A stretch of DNA of 63,818 nucleotides, filler included, from Polymyxa betae A26-41 (GCA_003693705.1; 7 parts of 7 records of this genome joined end to end with filler, not necessarily neighbours in it); one strand, 5' to 3'. Positions 25,407 to 39,231 are shown, numbered from the whole stretch's first letter. The notes: generated by a model not told the origin, from the letters alone. Program-made: numbers and translations.

Positions 25407-26683
25407 NNNNNNNNNNNNNNNNNNNNNNNNNNNNNNNNNNNNNNNNNNNNTTAATTAATTAANNNNNNNNNNNNNNNNNNNNNNNNNNNNNNNNNNNNNN
25501 NNNNNNGTCGAATCCAATCCAATCCAACAAAAACATCAACTGGCTTCGGATTCCGAGATATTGCTTCTGTCAATTGACGGATCCTGCTCAACCTTTCCTC
25601 CATTGTAATTGTATGGACAGTTCCTTTTTTATGGTCCAATGACGCATCATAACGCCTATTGTTCCAAGATTGGCGAGTATAATGAGATATTCCCACCATG
25701 TGCTCAATTGGAGCTCTGTCGGATTAGAGAGGACTCCAGGCGACCTTTTCGTGTCGCCTTCAATTTGAAAGCGCTTCAGGTGCAGGTGAGGGAACAGGAC
25801 GTTTCAGAACCCCGAGAATGAGGAAATGTTCATTTTTAGGTCTGATTTTCAAAGAAGATCCGAATGCTTTGAAACATTGCAAGATGCATAAAGGGCTCGA
25901 TATTCTGATCTTGTTTATTACCATCTGTAATATGTGTGCAACTTTCATCTCAGAGTCGTCGTTTAGAATCTGCGAAAAGGGGATCCATCCCATGTTTTCT
26001 CCTGGTTCAAAAAAAACAACGAAACTTTCCATTTCGACTTGAGCCAGATGATGTTATATCAGATCTTTTGGCCTTTTGGCAATGATCGATAATCGCGATG
26101 CTCCACCAAAGAAACAGGTTCCAAAAATTGACATTAATGTGGATGATCTTCACCAAATCAAAACCCGAACTTCGATTTTGTTCTGGTGGAGATATTGCGG
26201 GTATCCTGACTCGAAATGTTCTAAGAAGTTGGCAGCTCTCAATATGCGTCATCGAGCACAGAATTATCTCGTTTGTTTGGGTTGTGAAAAATTAATGAAG
26301 TTTCTCAACCAGAACCAGGCCAATCTCGACCTTAGAGTGAGCACATGATAGATGAATTCATCCCTTAACAAGAATTCCGTTACATTTGTCTCTTGTAATT
26401 GGTATCAGATTAGATAGGGTTAGGGTTCCCCATGAAAACTGGTGCTATCATGATCATGCGTATTATAGCTGTTGAAGAACAAAAGATCACAATTCGATAC
26501 AATGAGCGGCACTTTCCAGATACAGAACATCGTCACGATCTTCTGTTAATGAAAAGTTCACACATTCATCTCTCTATCAATCTCTGCTATGTACAAAAAT
26601 CAAGCTTCATTAACCCTTCCTATCAGCCTCCTAGATGGGATTCTGGGGTCGTACTGTATTCACATCAGATCACATGATTGCTA

Positions 26684-26829
26684 CCAAGAGAATTGTAAGA
26701 GCGAGCGCAGCCCACGAGGATTGTAAGAGCGAGCGCAGCCCAAGAGAATTGTATGGAGCGAGCGCAGCCCACGAGTAATGTAAGAGCGAGTGCAGCCCAA
26801 GAGAATTGTATGAGCGAGCGCAGCCCACG
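26684..26829. repeat. 28-bp minisatellite, about 5 copies
   Basis: Unit CCAAGAGAATTGTAAGAGCGAGCGCAGC alternating with a CCACGAG variant. Confidence 0.9.
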
Positions 26830-26877
26830 GAGTCACAGAGTGAATTTTATTTGAAGATTTCCGGATGGCGTTTCCCT

Positions 26878-27702
26878 TTAAAGAGGAAGGTAGAGAGGGC
26901 CGCCTTCCGCATACGGATCATGATAGGGCTCTTCGGCGGCTTTGCGGCGCTGCTCGCGTCGGTACCACCAGACCATGAATCCCAGTACGGCCACGACGAC
27001 GAGGGAGGCCGCGCTGATACCGATCCAGATCCAGCGTCGCTCATGATCGTCGATCGACGGCGTCTGGCCCGGCTTCAAGTCCAGGTCGAGATGTTCGGCC
27101 GGGGCCGGTACGGGCTTGGGCTGCGCCCGGACCTTGTCGACTTCGCGATGGACCAAGGCCGTGAGGGCGTTGGCGCGGAACTGTTCCCAGCGGGCCGGGT
27201 CGGCGACCAGGTCGGTGTCGTGCTGGCCCTGGATATGGCCGGCGCGCATCCGGACCGGGATCAGGACTTGCGAGACCTGTCGGGTGACGGGGTTGGCGGC
27301 CACGCCCACGGACACGACCGTGACGCGATAGTCGACGGACACGCTAACGCCGTGACAGACGACCTGTAACGAACGTCATGTTACATTACGTTACACTGTC
27401 TACGATTACGTTACCTGATTCTGATGTCCGTGCCAGACCTGGCAAAGTCCGTGCTCGTCCTTGCAGCACATGGCTTCACGGATATCGACGACGGACGCCG
27501 TGGCGTCGTGGTTGCCGATTAGGACGCGGTACTGGACCAGGTCGCCGTTCAGGGGCGTCTCGGGGCCCACCACCACCCCAACCATGATGGCGTTCGGATT
27601 CATGCGCTGTGTGGTGACCTTCGGAGCACCAACCAGGACGTCTTGAGCGCTGATAGACACGGCTATCAAGCAGGCGAGAGCGAGCACGATCATGTTCGAC
27701 AT
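26878..27702 (-). CDS. Type I membrane protein (2 exons, about 257 aa), function unknown
   Basis: Signal peptide MSNMIVLALACLIAVSISA; 51-nt GT-AG intron 27364-27414 joins the frames; TM WIWIGISAASLVVVAVLGFMVWWY followed by RREQRRK. Confidence 0.8.
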
Positions 27703-29448
27703 TTGGAAGATTTGGCTTGGTGAAGATTTGGGATTTTCCAGAATGAAGAGATGACGGATGGAGGTGGTGAGATTATCCAAACTTCCGATCATGGTGATGT
27801 CACGTTCCAGAAAGGAACTTGATCATGAGTGACTCATCGCTTGGAATCATTCCGAAGGCAAATGGGCCAATGACGACGTCGATCGCCGCAGATTGTGTGT
27901 CACCCTGGTTGAATTCGGCGGTGGCCTGCAAGAACAATTCTTCTAGATCAAAACATGAGGCGGTCTGGCTATATCACAGAGATCAGCAGTTTTAGGGCAA
28001 TCGCATAAAACAGAAAGTCTCATTTTGTTAAGAATTTTCTCTGAAATATTCCTGATTTCTTGGGGTCATCAAGGAAGGTTTTTAAATGATGTTGATTGTT
28101 TTAATGCTTGGTCATATATCGGTAGGTCTTGTTGAAATTTCAATAACAACATGATCACGAATAGGTTACAAAAAAGTATCGAGAAAAGGTTGCCGAAAAG
28201 ATCACCAATATGCGAGTACCGGTTTGTATGAGGAAAACGTGTTTGATTGCACAGGAGTTTCTCGCTAAGATTGAAACCGGATTACGTAATCGTACTGATA
28301 TGAGTGGAAGGGTCAGCACGTCGTCCGAGAGAGCGCCGTGATAGTTGATGGAGATAGGAGATCATATGATAGAGCAGATCATATACTGGATATTCAGTAC
28401 ACAGATATCAGAAAATATCTTTCATGACACAGAGGTAGATTTGTAACAGAAACCACCCGATATTCATTCATACAGTGACGATCTGATTAATGCGCAAATT
28501 GTTCCAATTTTCTCAACTGATTTTGCCTTTTTGAATACCACTCATTCAATCAATTTCTGCCGATTTTGGCTGCTGTGACATTAATCTGGTTCGAGAGTGA
28601 CTTTTAAACTTTAAACTAAGTCGCTCTTTTTGATAGACGGTAAAACAATCACTAATGCTGAAATCATCGATTGAACCATTATTGCGCTCGATGCAATTAA
28701 TCAATCTTCATGATTATTATTATTGTCAGAAGAAAACTTAATAAATTATGGACAATTTCTCATGCCGTTTCTTCGTCCGTTTGTGGCTTGTAAAAATGCG
28801 TTTTGTTTTATACTTTGACCTATTGAATAATCCTGTGGTTTTATGATGGTCATATCTCGTTAATTCGCTCCTCTCAATCTTTGGAATTTCGATTTTTTCC
28901 ATGTATTTCCGGAACTTTGTTAACATTGTCTATCTGGTTATCAATGACATACGAAACTCTTATCAATTGATTGATTGTCAAGCTGGTGACTGAACAATAA
29001 CTCACCGTGTTCCGGTGAGCGGTCTATCTGTGGCTGGGTGCGAACAGAATGCCGATATTCGATGTTTTCGAATGCATTGTCTTTATAATGCGGCATGATA
29101 ATCGGAATCCTAATCATCGAGTGTTTATTTGAGCGGTCACCTAGGTGACGAGGGGCTGCGCTCTGATGATTCATGTTGACTTTTTTCAAAAAAATGAACT
29201 GCATGAAAATGCAATAATTAGACAGCCGTTTTTATAAGATAATGCTACTCCAAAACTGTCAAATCGGAAAGCTTAACGCATCATTACGGCATTATACAAG
29301 AAGAAGAAAACCCTAAACCTAACACCGAAAGACAGAACTGCTACAGAAAGCATACAAACACGAATCAGGGGTGTGATTATGGTACAACCCTTTCCGAAAC
29401 CGCATGGGTGAGGGTTTAGGGTTTCTCTCTATGTGGGTTATCGTTCTT

Positions 29449-30660
29449 TTATTGTTCAATGTTGGAGAGTTTGAAAAATTTACAAGGCTGCGACTTGATA
29501 CAGCTTTGCTTTCGGAAGCTGGCAGGTCTGAGATTTGGCCAACGCTCTTCGAACAGGTGTTCCTGATTACCGCAGTGAAACGTTAAACAGCCAACAATAG
29601 CACGAAGATTCAGCAGCCTCGTGTAACAAGACTTTCTCAGCGATACTCTCTGTAAATGTTGATAGCGCGAGTAAAAATCGCGGATTTCGAACAGCAGGTC
29701 CGTGGTTGTCTTGAAATCAAGTGCCAAGATTTCCGGAATCTGTTCGGACTTTGCCTTCAAGTTCGCAGACCCCAGGTCCGCACCGCAGCTCGAAGAAACG
29801 TTTTGCGTTACATTCTCGGAGTCCATGACTAACATGAACGGGTCATGGGGGCCCGCACGAACTGTTCCATAATCCCGGGTTAGGTGCGTCTGCCAGTCTT
29901 CGGCAAATTACGAGACAGACGCGGAGGCCGCTCCTGGCTCGATGCGCAGCCACATCGGTCCTGGACACAGTCGCCAGCTGAACTCCCAGTGCTGGAAGTT
30001 GGACCCCCATCGTTGGACGAACTGGCCCAGATCGGACCCACAATGATCACGGAAACAGCGCATGATGGGACGGACTAATTCGGACAAGTGACTGCTGTAC
30101 AGTTTCGGAGCCGGGCCCCGTATCGGCTCAATCAGAGCGGATATTTCCTGGATCACTTCGAGTTTCTTGGCCTTGGTTTTCAGCTGACCGAGCCGACTCA
30201 GTGGAGATAATTCGATGTTATCCCATTGTAGTGATGGATCTGCAGAACGAGAGCAGAGCGCGGAGTGCGTTTGTTTGCGCAAATGCCGTGGAGCACAATC
30301 CGGCGTCCTTCCACAGCAAGGGAACTTGAATAGGTTGAGCGGATCGCCCCAATAGGCGGCGAACAAGTCGATGTCGCCCCGGTGATGGTAACGTAAACAT
30401 CGCAGCACGGGCCAGAATGACTGTGATAAACGGTCGGAGAGGTTACGCTGCCAGACACGTAAACCGTGTGTTAGCGCAACCTGCTGGGCCTGACGGATAA
30501 CGTCCACTGTCAGATGGATTCTCTCAGAGGTCGTATTCTTCTTTTTGATCAGGAGACGGTCAGGGATATCCACGGACTGTAACGTGACATTTCAGTGAGA
30601 TAGCGGATGCATGAGCCGAAGTATCGTTACCAGTTCTGGGACCTTCTGGTCAGGATAGAG
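29449..30660 (-). CDS. Multi-exon protein or pseudogene with three copies of a CxxxH-F-W-C motif
   Basis: ORFs 29908-30573 (two copies) and 29449-29835 (one copy); GT-AG intron at about 30577-30630; junction between the two ORFs unresolved. Confidence 0.55.
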
Positions 30661-31052
30661 CTAGGGTTTAGAATATCATCAATCCAGTGATTTTCTAGGA
30701 GCGGATCCCATATCTGTGCGGCCTCCAAGCTTGTGACCAACCTCCGGTAACGTTATCGAATCCGGACAGGTAACGTCCTGGAAAATATCTTCGAACATGT
30801 TCTCAGGAGTTTCCCACTCCTACAGGACATGTGACGTTACCAGCCAAATATGTAACATTATTATGTCGTGGAAGCCTGGAACAATNNNNNNNNNNNNNNN
30901 NNNNNNNNNNNNNNNNNNNNNNNNNNNNNTTAATTAATTAANNNNNNNNNNNNNNNNNNNNNNNNNNNNNNNNNNNNNNNNNNNNCCGAACCGAGTCCTG
31001 CTCTAGCAGGGCGTTAAATTGCCCCGAGAACAGCATCCATCTCGGTGCTTTC

Positions 31053-32075
31053 TTGGTTTCCGGTGGCATAAGCAGAAAGTTGTACAAGCTCGGCTACGAC
31101 TTCGGCTACATGGATAGTATTTATTACGGTCATGAGCCTTTAATCGTTATAGACGCCAATCTCGACAATTTTCGGACCTGTGAGCTGCATCCCATGGAGG
31201 GTCACTTCTATACGATCGGAAATGCGCCCAATCACGAAGACCCGGGCACATCTCCGTATATCTGCGTGTGCCAGCAGGAATCCTTCGAATTTCGTGATAC
31301 GGTTACAGGCAATATTGTCTATTCTGTAGCTATCAGCCCTCATACGTCGACGTTTGCCTATTCCGGCAATTATCTTGTGATTCGTGACCGGAGTTGCTTC
31401 ACTCTGATTGAGATCGATTTTGCTGCGAAACAACATCGCTTTATTTGGACGATATCTGAAGAGACCGACCTGGGCTTTGAATGTCTGGGATTTCTCCGCT
31501 CTCTCGAAGCCCGGATTAATGGAAACTTTGTCGTGATAGCTCAAAAAAAAGGCGAGGTTTGTTTCCGGAAGCTGGTCGTGCTGGATCGGGAATCCGGCGA
31601 AATTTTATGGAGGCGCGGCGTAGGGTCCCTGCGTTTATTTGATCTATTTCTCTCGAAATCGTTTCTGACGTTGTACGGATCTTCGGCTCCGCGAAATCGC
31701 AATTTCGATATCCGCCATTTCGATCTAAAGACCGGTGCGGAGTTTGTCAAAGATCCACAGCGGACTTCTGCCGAGTTCGATTGCAAAGATTTCACTAGCA
31801 GCGAAGAATGCGGCCTGGTCCTGGTCGGGGACGATTTCCTGATCGGGTGTCGATCTTACGAGTTCCGCACCGGTAATAATTCCCATCGTTACGTCCCTGG
31901 GTTTCTGTTTATCATGGATTTTCTGAGAGGAACCAAAACCAACTTGAAATTGGAATTGGATCAATCCAGTGGTGATCAGATCGGCATCGCATTTCGAGAG
32001 ACTCCGTTCGGACCCATCCGAATCAAATTGCGCAGCATTGAAGCGATGAAGAATCTGCACGAATCTCGCCATTAA
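31053..32075 (+). CDS. Hypothetical protein, beta-propeller-like, probably 5'-truncated by the gap
   Basis: 340-aa ORF with strand-turn motifs (RDTVTGNIVY, LDRESGEILW, FDLKTGAEF). Confidence 0.55.
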   Translation: MVSGGISRKLYKLGYDFGYMDSIYYGHEPLIVIDANLDNFRTCELHPMEGHFYTIGNAPNHEDPGTSPYICVCQQESFEFRDTVTGNIVYSVAISPHTSTFAYSGNYLVIRDRSCFTLIEIDFAAKQHRFIWTISEETDLGFECLGFLRSLEARINGNFVVIAQKKGEVCFRKLVVLDRESGEILWRRGVGSLRLFDLFLSKSFLTLYGSSAPRNRNFDIRHFDLKTGAEFVKDPQRTSAEFDCKDFTSSEECGLVLVGDDFLIGCRSYEFRTGNNSHRYVPGFLFIMDFLRGTKTNLKLELDQSSGDQIGIAFRETPFGPIRIKLRSIEAMKNLHESRH

Positions 32076-33389
32076 TCTCTTTTGTCTGATCATCTCAATT
32101 TTCAATAAACGACCCTGTTATCGCCTTATTTTTACTCTCTTTCATAATCCTACTAAGCACCATCATCATGCTGTCATCACCTTTTACCGAGTCTCCTTCC
32201 GATATATAGATGGGAGTATCCAGGTACCAGTAATACATTGTCGCTACCACAGCTCAGATATCTTATTTATGTTTTAGGGGTTTTTTCAGCTTTCCCTGTG
32301 GGAGCTGGACTCTTTCAAAAAATGTTCTTCCCAATGGAAGGAAATCCGTATAGGAGAGCTTGATACAAGGAAGTAGGCTGCATCAATAGAAAGTTATTGA
32401 TAGAGGTGAGATTATGGAGATCCGAAGAGAGGCTGAAATTGTTCGAGCGCAACCCGATCTCCTTATCTGTAACACTATCACTGAACAAGTAGTCCCAGAG
32501 TCTCAGTTCTCCATGAACTACTCTCTTTCCATTCACAAATCTTTTGTCTTCATAGACTTCACCTTCCTTCTTCTGGTATCTCTGCTGTCAGCTTTTGTCA
32601 CTTAAGATTAAAATTGTTGAAGGCAAGATCGAGTTTGCGTAGAGAGTCTATTAAAGGAGATGTAACAGTTATGTGGTAAAATGAGGTCTGCCCAATCCCT
32701 TTTATTAGATCCGAAACCGAGAGGTGGAATCCAAGACCCGGATGAGACACTTGAATCACGCAGATTCCGGAGTTCACTCATCCATCCTTCTCATTTGTAG
32801 ATCCTGAAAATCTCCTCCAACAAGAATTCGCTGCTGTTGTACAATTACACGCCCGTTGCGAATACAGCGAATCAACCAAACTCGTCCGTATATATATTCG
32901 CTTCCTCGTTCATCGCTTGCAGCTTTGCCATAATTTCATCTTTACCATTAAACGAATGGAATTCAAACACACGAGGAAGAGTGTCGGTTGCAGGAAATTA
33001 TTTCACTGGAACCTTCGCACTTTCAATTGCTGGAGAACCCACTTTGTTTTTGATTATCGTCACATCTAATGCGAGATTCTGTTGTATGAGCCCAGCAAGA
33101 TTATGATATTGAACTTCCTTGTAAAATCAGAGACAGAGGCATCGAACTGGAAGAAATCCAATAAAATCGTCCCGATCGCATACAGGAGAACAAATAGACG
33201 AACAGCTCCGGATCTCGATCGAGGTAATTGTTGGTCTCCTGGGAATCGACACAGCGCTGCCAGCATAGAATCCGGATATGTCTGCTGCCGACTGCTGGTC
33301 GTGCTGTAAAAGTATCACATTCCGCACGATCACATCGTCCGCCGGCTGCACGTCATTCTCCATGAAAGAAACGCAATATTAACTACCCT

Positions 33390-34450
33390 ATCAAAAACTT
33401 CGAATTTCCTGCTGAGTTCAAAACAGCACGCTTTGTCGCTTTGCCGTTGGAATTCAGTCTGTTGTCAAACCTATCTAAGATTATCGAATACATTATCCAA
33501 CTTGAAATCAGAACCTGTATTCGAGATAAACTGCCACCTAATCAGTTTGGCTGCAGGCTTTGCCATTCTACCGCCCCGATGACACTGATGCACTATTTAC
33601 GCCTACAAGATTTTGGATGAATTTTTACGATTTCACAAAAGCTTACGATCGGGTTCCAAAACACATCATTCTCAAAAACACAGTATGATCACATACAACA
33701 GCTACATGCTGCACACAGAGGATAAAAAAGGCGGCAACGACAGTGATGGAATCCCACAGAGGTTCTAATCTCAGTGTATTAATGCTCTTTGCTCATTATG
33801 CTCACGTCTTGGAGGTTTATCAGGATTCATCTTCGCATTAATAGCGACGACGACCAGCGATATTTTCGTAATATGGAAGATAACTGCCAAGCTGCATTTG
33901 GACTGAATCCGATTTTAACACTCATCATTGCTGGTAAACGGCTGATCATCGCACTTGTATAGCTGAAGGTTTGCTTGTGGATCCCGTTGATACAAAACGT
34001 GATCGGATTCAGAGCCTAAATCTCTATCAGCATCGTCTGGAAAAAGGTTCAGATTCACTCTGTCATGCTCAGAGCCATACTTCTCTGTTCATGGATCGAA
34101 TTTTAGCACGGGCAAAATCAGATTCATGATGGTTTGTAACTGGATCAGATTTCGTCCAATCCAACTCAACAAGTGACTTTGATCCGAATTCAGACTGATT
34201 GGATGGGTGGATTTCTTGATTTAATCGAAACTTCTACGACCATTGGTCCCTTGAAAATTTTCAATTTAAGTAGGGGGATCATCCATATTGACATCTTGCT
34301 GGAGAGCGGCGCTACATACGACCAGATTCTGCATTGTTACTAAACGGGCTGAGCTGTTGATTATAGCATTAGGCAGCTGTATTGTCGAGCGATACTCCTT
34401 TATTAGTGACCTTTGTCTGCCAAATTCTAAGACGAAAACCTGGCTATTAG
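33390..34450 (+). mobile_element. Non-LTR (LINE) reverse transcriptase remnant
   Basis: PAEFKTARFVALP, SLLSNLSKIIE...PNQFGCR..HST, YDFTKAYDRVP, GIPQ; heavily deleted. Confidence 0.75.
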
Positions 34451-34714
34451 TTGAGCGTTTGATAAAACAGTGTTATATGAGACATTGGAAGTCGATCTGC
34501 ATTTTATTAGGACGTGTGTTAAAAAGTTTTCTATCATTGTGATCAACTACAGAGATTTATTGAAATAATTACAGAATATCATGGCTGGTGTGCCAACGAA
34601 CATTTCATAATGACATAATCTCTATGATGGTTCGTTGTTACCAAAACAAAGTCGGAAAGAAGTTGCTTAAATGAGAAACTTGAGAGATTCTCACCGAGCA
34701 TATTGCGTATTGTG

Positions 34715-36293
34715 TTATTTGGTGATATTAGATATATCAATGTCGGGGAGCTGCAGATCCAGCCATGGGAGCTCGAATTGCATCAGGTCGCGAATGTCGT
34801 GAATCGTGTGGGCGGGTACGGCGGCGCTTTCGTCCAGATTCGGGTCTTTGAGCTCCGTGAACGAGAACTGGCTCACATGTGTGAACTTGGAATGTTGAAA
34901 GGTTGTGAACGTACAATGCATTGGTATCTGTGATACATTCAATCAGTATACGAAATCCATCAGCAGGAAATAACGGTTTGGGTGAAGAGATGGAAAAAAA
35001 CAAAATATTCTTGTTGTTTTCCAGAGTGTCAAAAAGGGGTTCATAAAGAAAAAGGGAAATATCGAATGCTTTGACGTTGATCTATTATTTGACAGTTCCG
35101 CAGAAAGCTTTTCAGCAAGAAAAAAAGTAGCAGAAAATGCAGCTATTGCTTTTGTTTTTTCAAATTTAAGAAAAGAGGATTGATAAAAAGGTGAAATATT
35201 GAATGCTTTGGCGATAAATATTTATTAAAAAATCCCACAGAAAGCTCTTTCAATTAACTTTTTTTCAAGAAAAAGCAAAAACAGAAAATGGCAGGTAACG
35301 ACTTACAATGTTTCCATCAATTCTTATAATATGACAGCGAAATGTGGCATATTTACAGTTGAGGAAGAAAATAGCGAGATTCAGGGACACGATCGTGTAC
35401 ATAGCGGACGGCGCAAACAGCGAGAAGAAGAACGGGACGACCCTCTCTTGGACGGCGGAATCGTGAACATTATGAACCTGATGGAGGTCCCATTGCTGTC
35501 TCGTATAACCCCATAAATGACACGCCGCATCATTCATCGCCACCCGCAGCTGATTCTGCGTTACATTCGTATCATAATACACGGACAAGGTCGGGACCGT
35601 GGCCGTCTGCGCCGCCGTCATCATCGCATTCCCGTGTATGAACACGGGCATCGTCGACGGATTATCCAGCTGAATCATTCGATGCGTCGGACCATGGTGG
35701 GCGGGTACGACGTCGAGGACGTCGACGTCGCGTATGTAGTCGGCGATCTCGGCGTTGAGCTCGTGAAGATGGCGGCCATCGATCCAGGTCTGATACATGT
35801 ATTGGAGGCCGGGCTCCATGCCGGCGTCGACGATGCGATGAACGAGCTCCGGTTGGAACCAGCGATGGGCTGTTTGCAGCCACGACGAGAAGTCGCCGGA
35901 GACCATCAACTTCTGGTCTAATGGGGTCGGGAACTTGCCCCAGATATCCACCGGACTCACGATCAACTTGAAGCTGCGCTTTTTCTGTCTTTTACGGCAG
36001 ACTTTTAATTGAATCGTTTTCGCCAGTTTTCTGGAAGGCGTTGTTGGGAGTCGATTGTTCGGGTTGGGAATGGCAGAATTTCGCAGGCTGGAGGGAGCGC
36101 CGACACAGATTCGTTGGACGTTATTCGGCGATCCAGATAGCGTGAGACAGAGCGAGCTCGGGGAGTTCGGAGCCCCATTAGTTGATTTAAGAGAGAGGCT
36201 GTTATAGGACCCATCGAAACCCGTTTTCATAAAGATGCCTTCTTGACGATGATCGTCGATTGAGTCACATCGATACGGAGAGACGCCTTCCAT
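34715..36293 (-). CDS. Hypothetical multi-exon protein
   Basis: 342-aa ORF with a GC-rich core (35380-35960), GTAAGT donor near 35305 and a plausible last exon at 34715-34928. Start uncertain. Confidence 0.45.
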
Positions 36294-37645
36294 GTTGAAT
36301 CATCCATCACGCATTAGAAGGTCCAACTCCCGGTCACGGACAAAAATATATTTACAATTTCACGCAAAATTCTGAACCTCCCCAATCGACATCAGAGTGC
36401 CTATTTTTAGACAATTCAATAACAAATCTCCATAGAAAACCCTAACCCTAACCCAAACTAGCCGCCATATATCAGAATTGCCGATAATCTTCAATAAAGT
36501 GATGTTGGATTTTCACTCTCATCGACTCTATATTGTGTCAGGTTCTTTCTGTCTGGTTTCAGATTACTGAGCTGGTGATTTTAATGCTTTACTCAATAAA
36601 CGTTATATGATCGTAAAACTCGCATCAAGCTCGTCTCTTCCAATCGCCCAACAGAAGGTTCAAATGTGTTCTTGGCGATGCATGCGTCATGAATGCATTC
36701 CAGAGCCAGAAATCCTGTATAGATATTGTATTGAAAGCGGCTAATCTCAGGGAAGAAATGCAGCCAGTTTGCTGAAAACCCTCTTAGTATGAGCTCTCGT
36801 GAAGTTCTCAGGAAGCGCTTCTGCAGCTGCCACACTGTTATCGGGTAAAAAAATATTGGGAGCCGGCAGTGGAACCGGATGGCTTGCTGCAGAAGTGACC
36901 TATTGTCGCTGCCGATCATATCGATTACCTCCTGCAGCCATTAACAAAACAACTTCCGTCGTGTCTATCAACTGGACTATCATGGCGATGCTGTAAAACT
37001 GCATCCGTGGTTGTCCAGCAGGACATCATTGTCGTCAACAGGATGCATTCAATGCTTTTAAGTTCGAACAACTCTCCAAGTTCGGGTCGGAGATATCAGT
37101 TTCTTCTCATTTAAAAAATAAATTGCGATTTCAAAATCAAGATGATTGCAACCCGCTGCTCATGATCTGAATCTATTAGTAGTGAACATACCTGATCGCA
37201 GACGGTGCAGTATTGTGATGTTGGAATTTACTTCATAAGGATGTTGATCGCTGAACTGATATAATTCAGTTAAATGTTCGGGGTCATTTAGGCAAAATCG
37301 TTCCTGCCTGAAACCATCACGGTCTGTCCCATGACATTTCTTCAATTGGCTGATTCTACCTATCAAACGAATTCATCCTCGTATCAGCCAGATTATAGAA
37401 TGTTGCAGTTTCTTGCAGTTGAATTTCTGGAACTGTTGTGCTTCTAGTTCAGTTTCTCAAAAAGTACGAATCCTGATGCACATTTGCCAGTGGTTAGGGT
37501 TATCATCACTAAATGATGCTCACGACAAGAGCATCTGCGCTCTGTGATATGGACGGGAGATTTGTAAACTCTCATGGCTACTGGACCGGAATCTGGGACT
37601 TTCGCGGACATCTCTGATGTCGAAGTGATCGTGAAACAGTTCTTG

Positions 37646-38267
37646 CTAAACAGGGAAGATCCATGACGATTTTGTAACATAAGGGGAGCAATGAATTGCG
37701 AGAAAACCAATCTTGTTCTTGTTCTGTGTGCTTGCGATCACGATTTTAGAGCGCCATGGGATATATTCCGAGGCGTCCTTCGTGTTCGGGTAGCGGACGT
37801 CGCGGTACAGAATCTGGACTTGTTGGTTGCCAATCTGCTGTTCGAGATCGTGTGCTAATTCAGCATCATGATCGGATTCTTCAATCTGCTCGGAATGCAG
37901 AGAAAGGCGATGAATCATATCTAACAACAGGGAGGCGAACTCAGGCCCCAGTTCTTCCACGATGCGGTCGAACAAAAATTCGTTCCCGGTTCGACCACAT
38001 GACATCCATGCAATAAAGGCAGTCATCGGCGTCCGCATCGATCACAGTGATGGCCGAAAAACGCTCCAGAAACCAATCTGCTATCGAACAGCGGGGGTCG
38101 CGGAAATCGGGCCCAAGTGGTGGAGGAGCACCAGACAGGAACAGCCCATATTCCTGCGGACTGATGTCCAGAACGGTACACTCATAATCTGAGGTCATAT
38201 CATGTTCTAGGTTCGGGACGATGAACAGTCTGATACCGGATTTGTGCAAAACGTTCACGATTTTCAT
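37646..38267 (-). pseudogene. Frameshifted hypothetical gene fragment
   Basis: Overlapping 108-aa and 130-aa ORFs with protein-like composition; no family recognised. Confidence 0.3.
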
Positions 38268-38320
38268 TGGCTCAGTGTTCGCGACCAGGCCGTCAAACGG
38301 GAACCGATCCCATTGTGTAG

Positions 38321-38707
38321 TACTGCTTAAGTATGTCTTGGGCTAACAGCCGTGGATATGTTATTGTACCTTTTGGTCAATTAGTTGCTGTGAAATCCAG
38401 GCGCGGTTTCTACAGAATAACAGCTCAAAGGATCGGGATCGAGTCACCCTGGTACTGGACGTTTTTAGGTTCAGTGGACCGGACCGGCTCACAGCTCGTG
38501 AAAAGATGCGAGGTTCATCTGAGTCGGGGGTCACCTACTTAATTCTGCCAGAGGGCTGGGTGCCTGATTCTGGTGAGAAATGCAGTCACATTCAAGAGAG
38601 GGGTATGTGCAGTACTGCTGAAGTAGGCCTTGGACTAACTGCTGTGGAGCTGTTATTGTACCTTTTGGTCAGTTAATTGCGGTGAAGTCCAGGCTCAGTT
38701 TCTACAG
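38321..38707. repeat. Diverged ~95-bp direct repeat pair (38321-38416, 38613-38707)
   Basis: Shared TACTGCT.AAGTA...TGTTATTGTACCTTTTGGTCA...TTTCTACAGA. Confidence 0.75.
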
Positions 38708-39231
38708 ACCATACAACTGCATATCCGGGCGGAAGCGGACTGTGTGTCGCATTACAGTGCCGCCGACGGAATGTTTTCATCAGCTTCGAGTTGCTGGATT
38801 CCCATAGGACGACGTTTTTGGTGCCGGGATTTTTTCTATAACAAATGGCGGGTGAGGCGCGTTGAGCTCCAAACCCAGATTGACAATCCAGCAAACGTAC
38901 GATGAAAAGTCGCCGGGTCAGAGGGCTTATTGGTTACGGTAGGGAAGTTGGCCACCGTTGAAATTTCGGGATGTGAAAAATGTGACGATTCGTGTCCATA
39001 GCGAAAGATCCACTGCATGTCGGCGTCGGTGTCCACGTCCTGATGGCGGCCAGAGATGCGCAGAGCGAGGATATCCGGATCAGTGACCCTTTCACGGAAG
39101 TCCGTGCGGCCGTTCGGCCGTGCATACCGATGCAGCCACGTGGTTGACAAGATGGAGTCCATTCGCCTCATTGGATTGCAGATGATCGCAAACGAGCCAA
39201 CGACGAAGCCCCGTCACAGCGCAGCCCTCTT

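Noticed and set aside
26684-26829. Possible CRISPR array
   Set aside because: Head-to-tail units without unique spacers, no cas genes, eukaryotic context.
26806-27369. 187-aa plus-strand ORF
   Set aside because: Antisense shadow of the GC-rich membrane protein gene.
36835-36900. SAM-binding-like motif GKKILGAGSGTGWLA
   Set aside because: Isolated motif with no supporting methyltransferase ORF.
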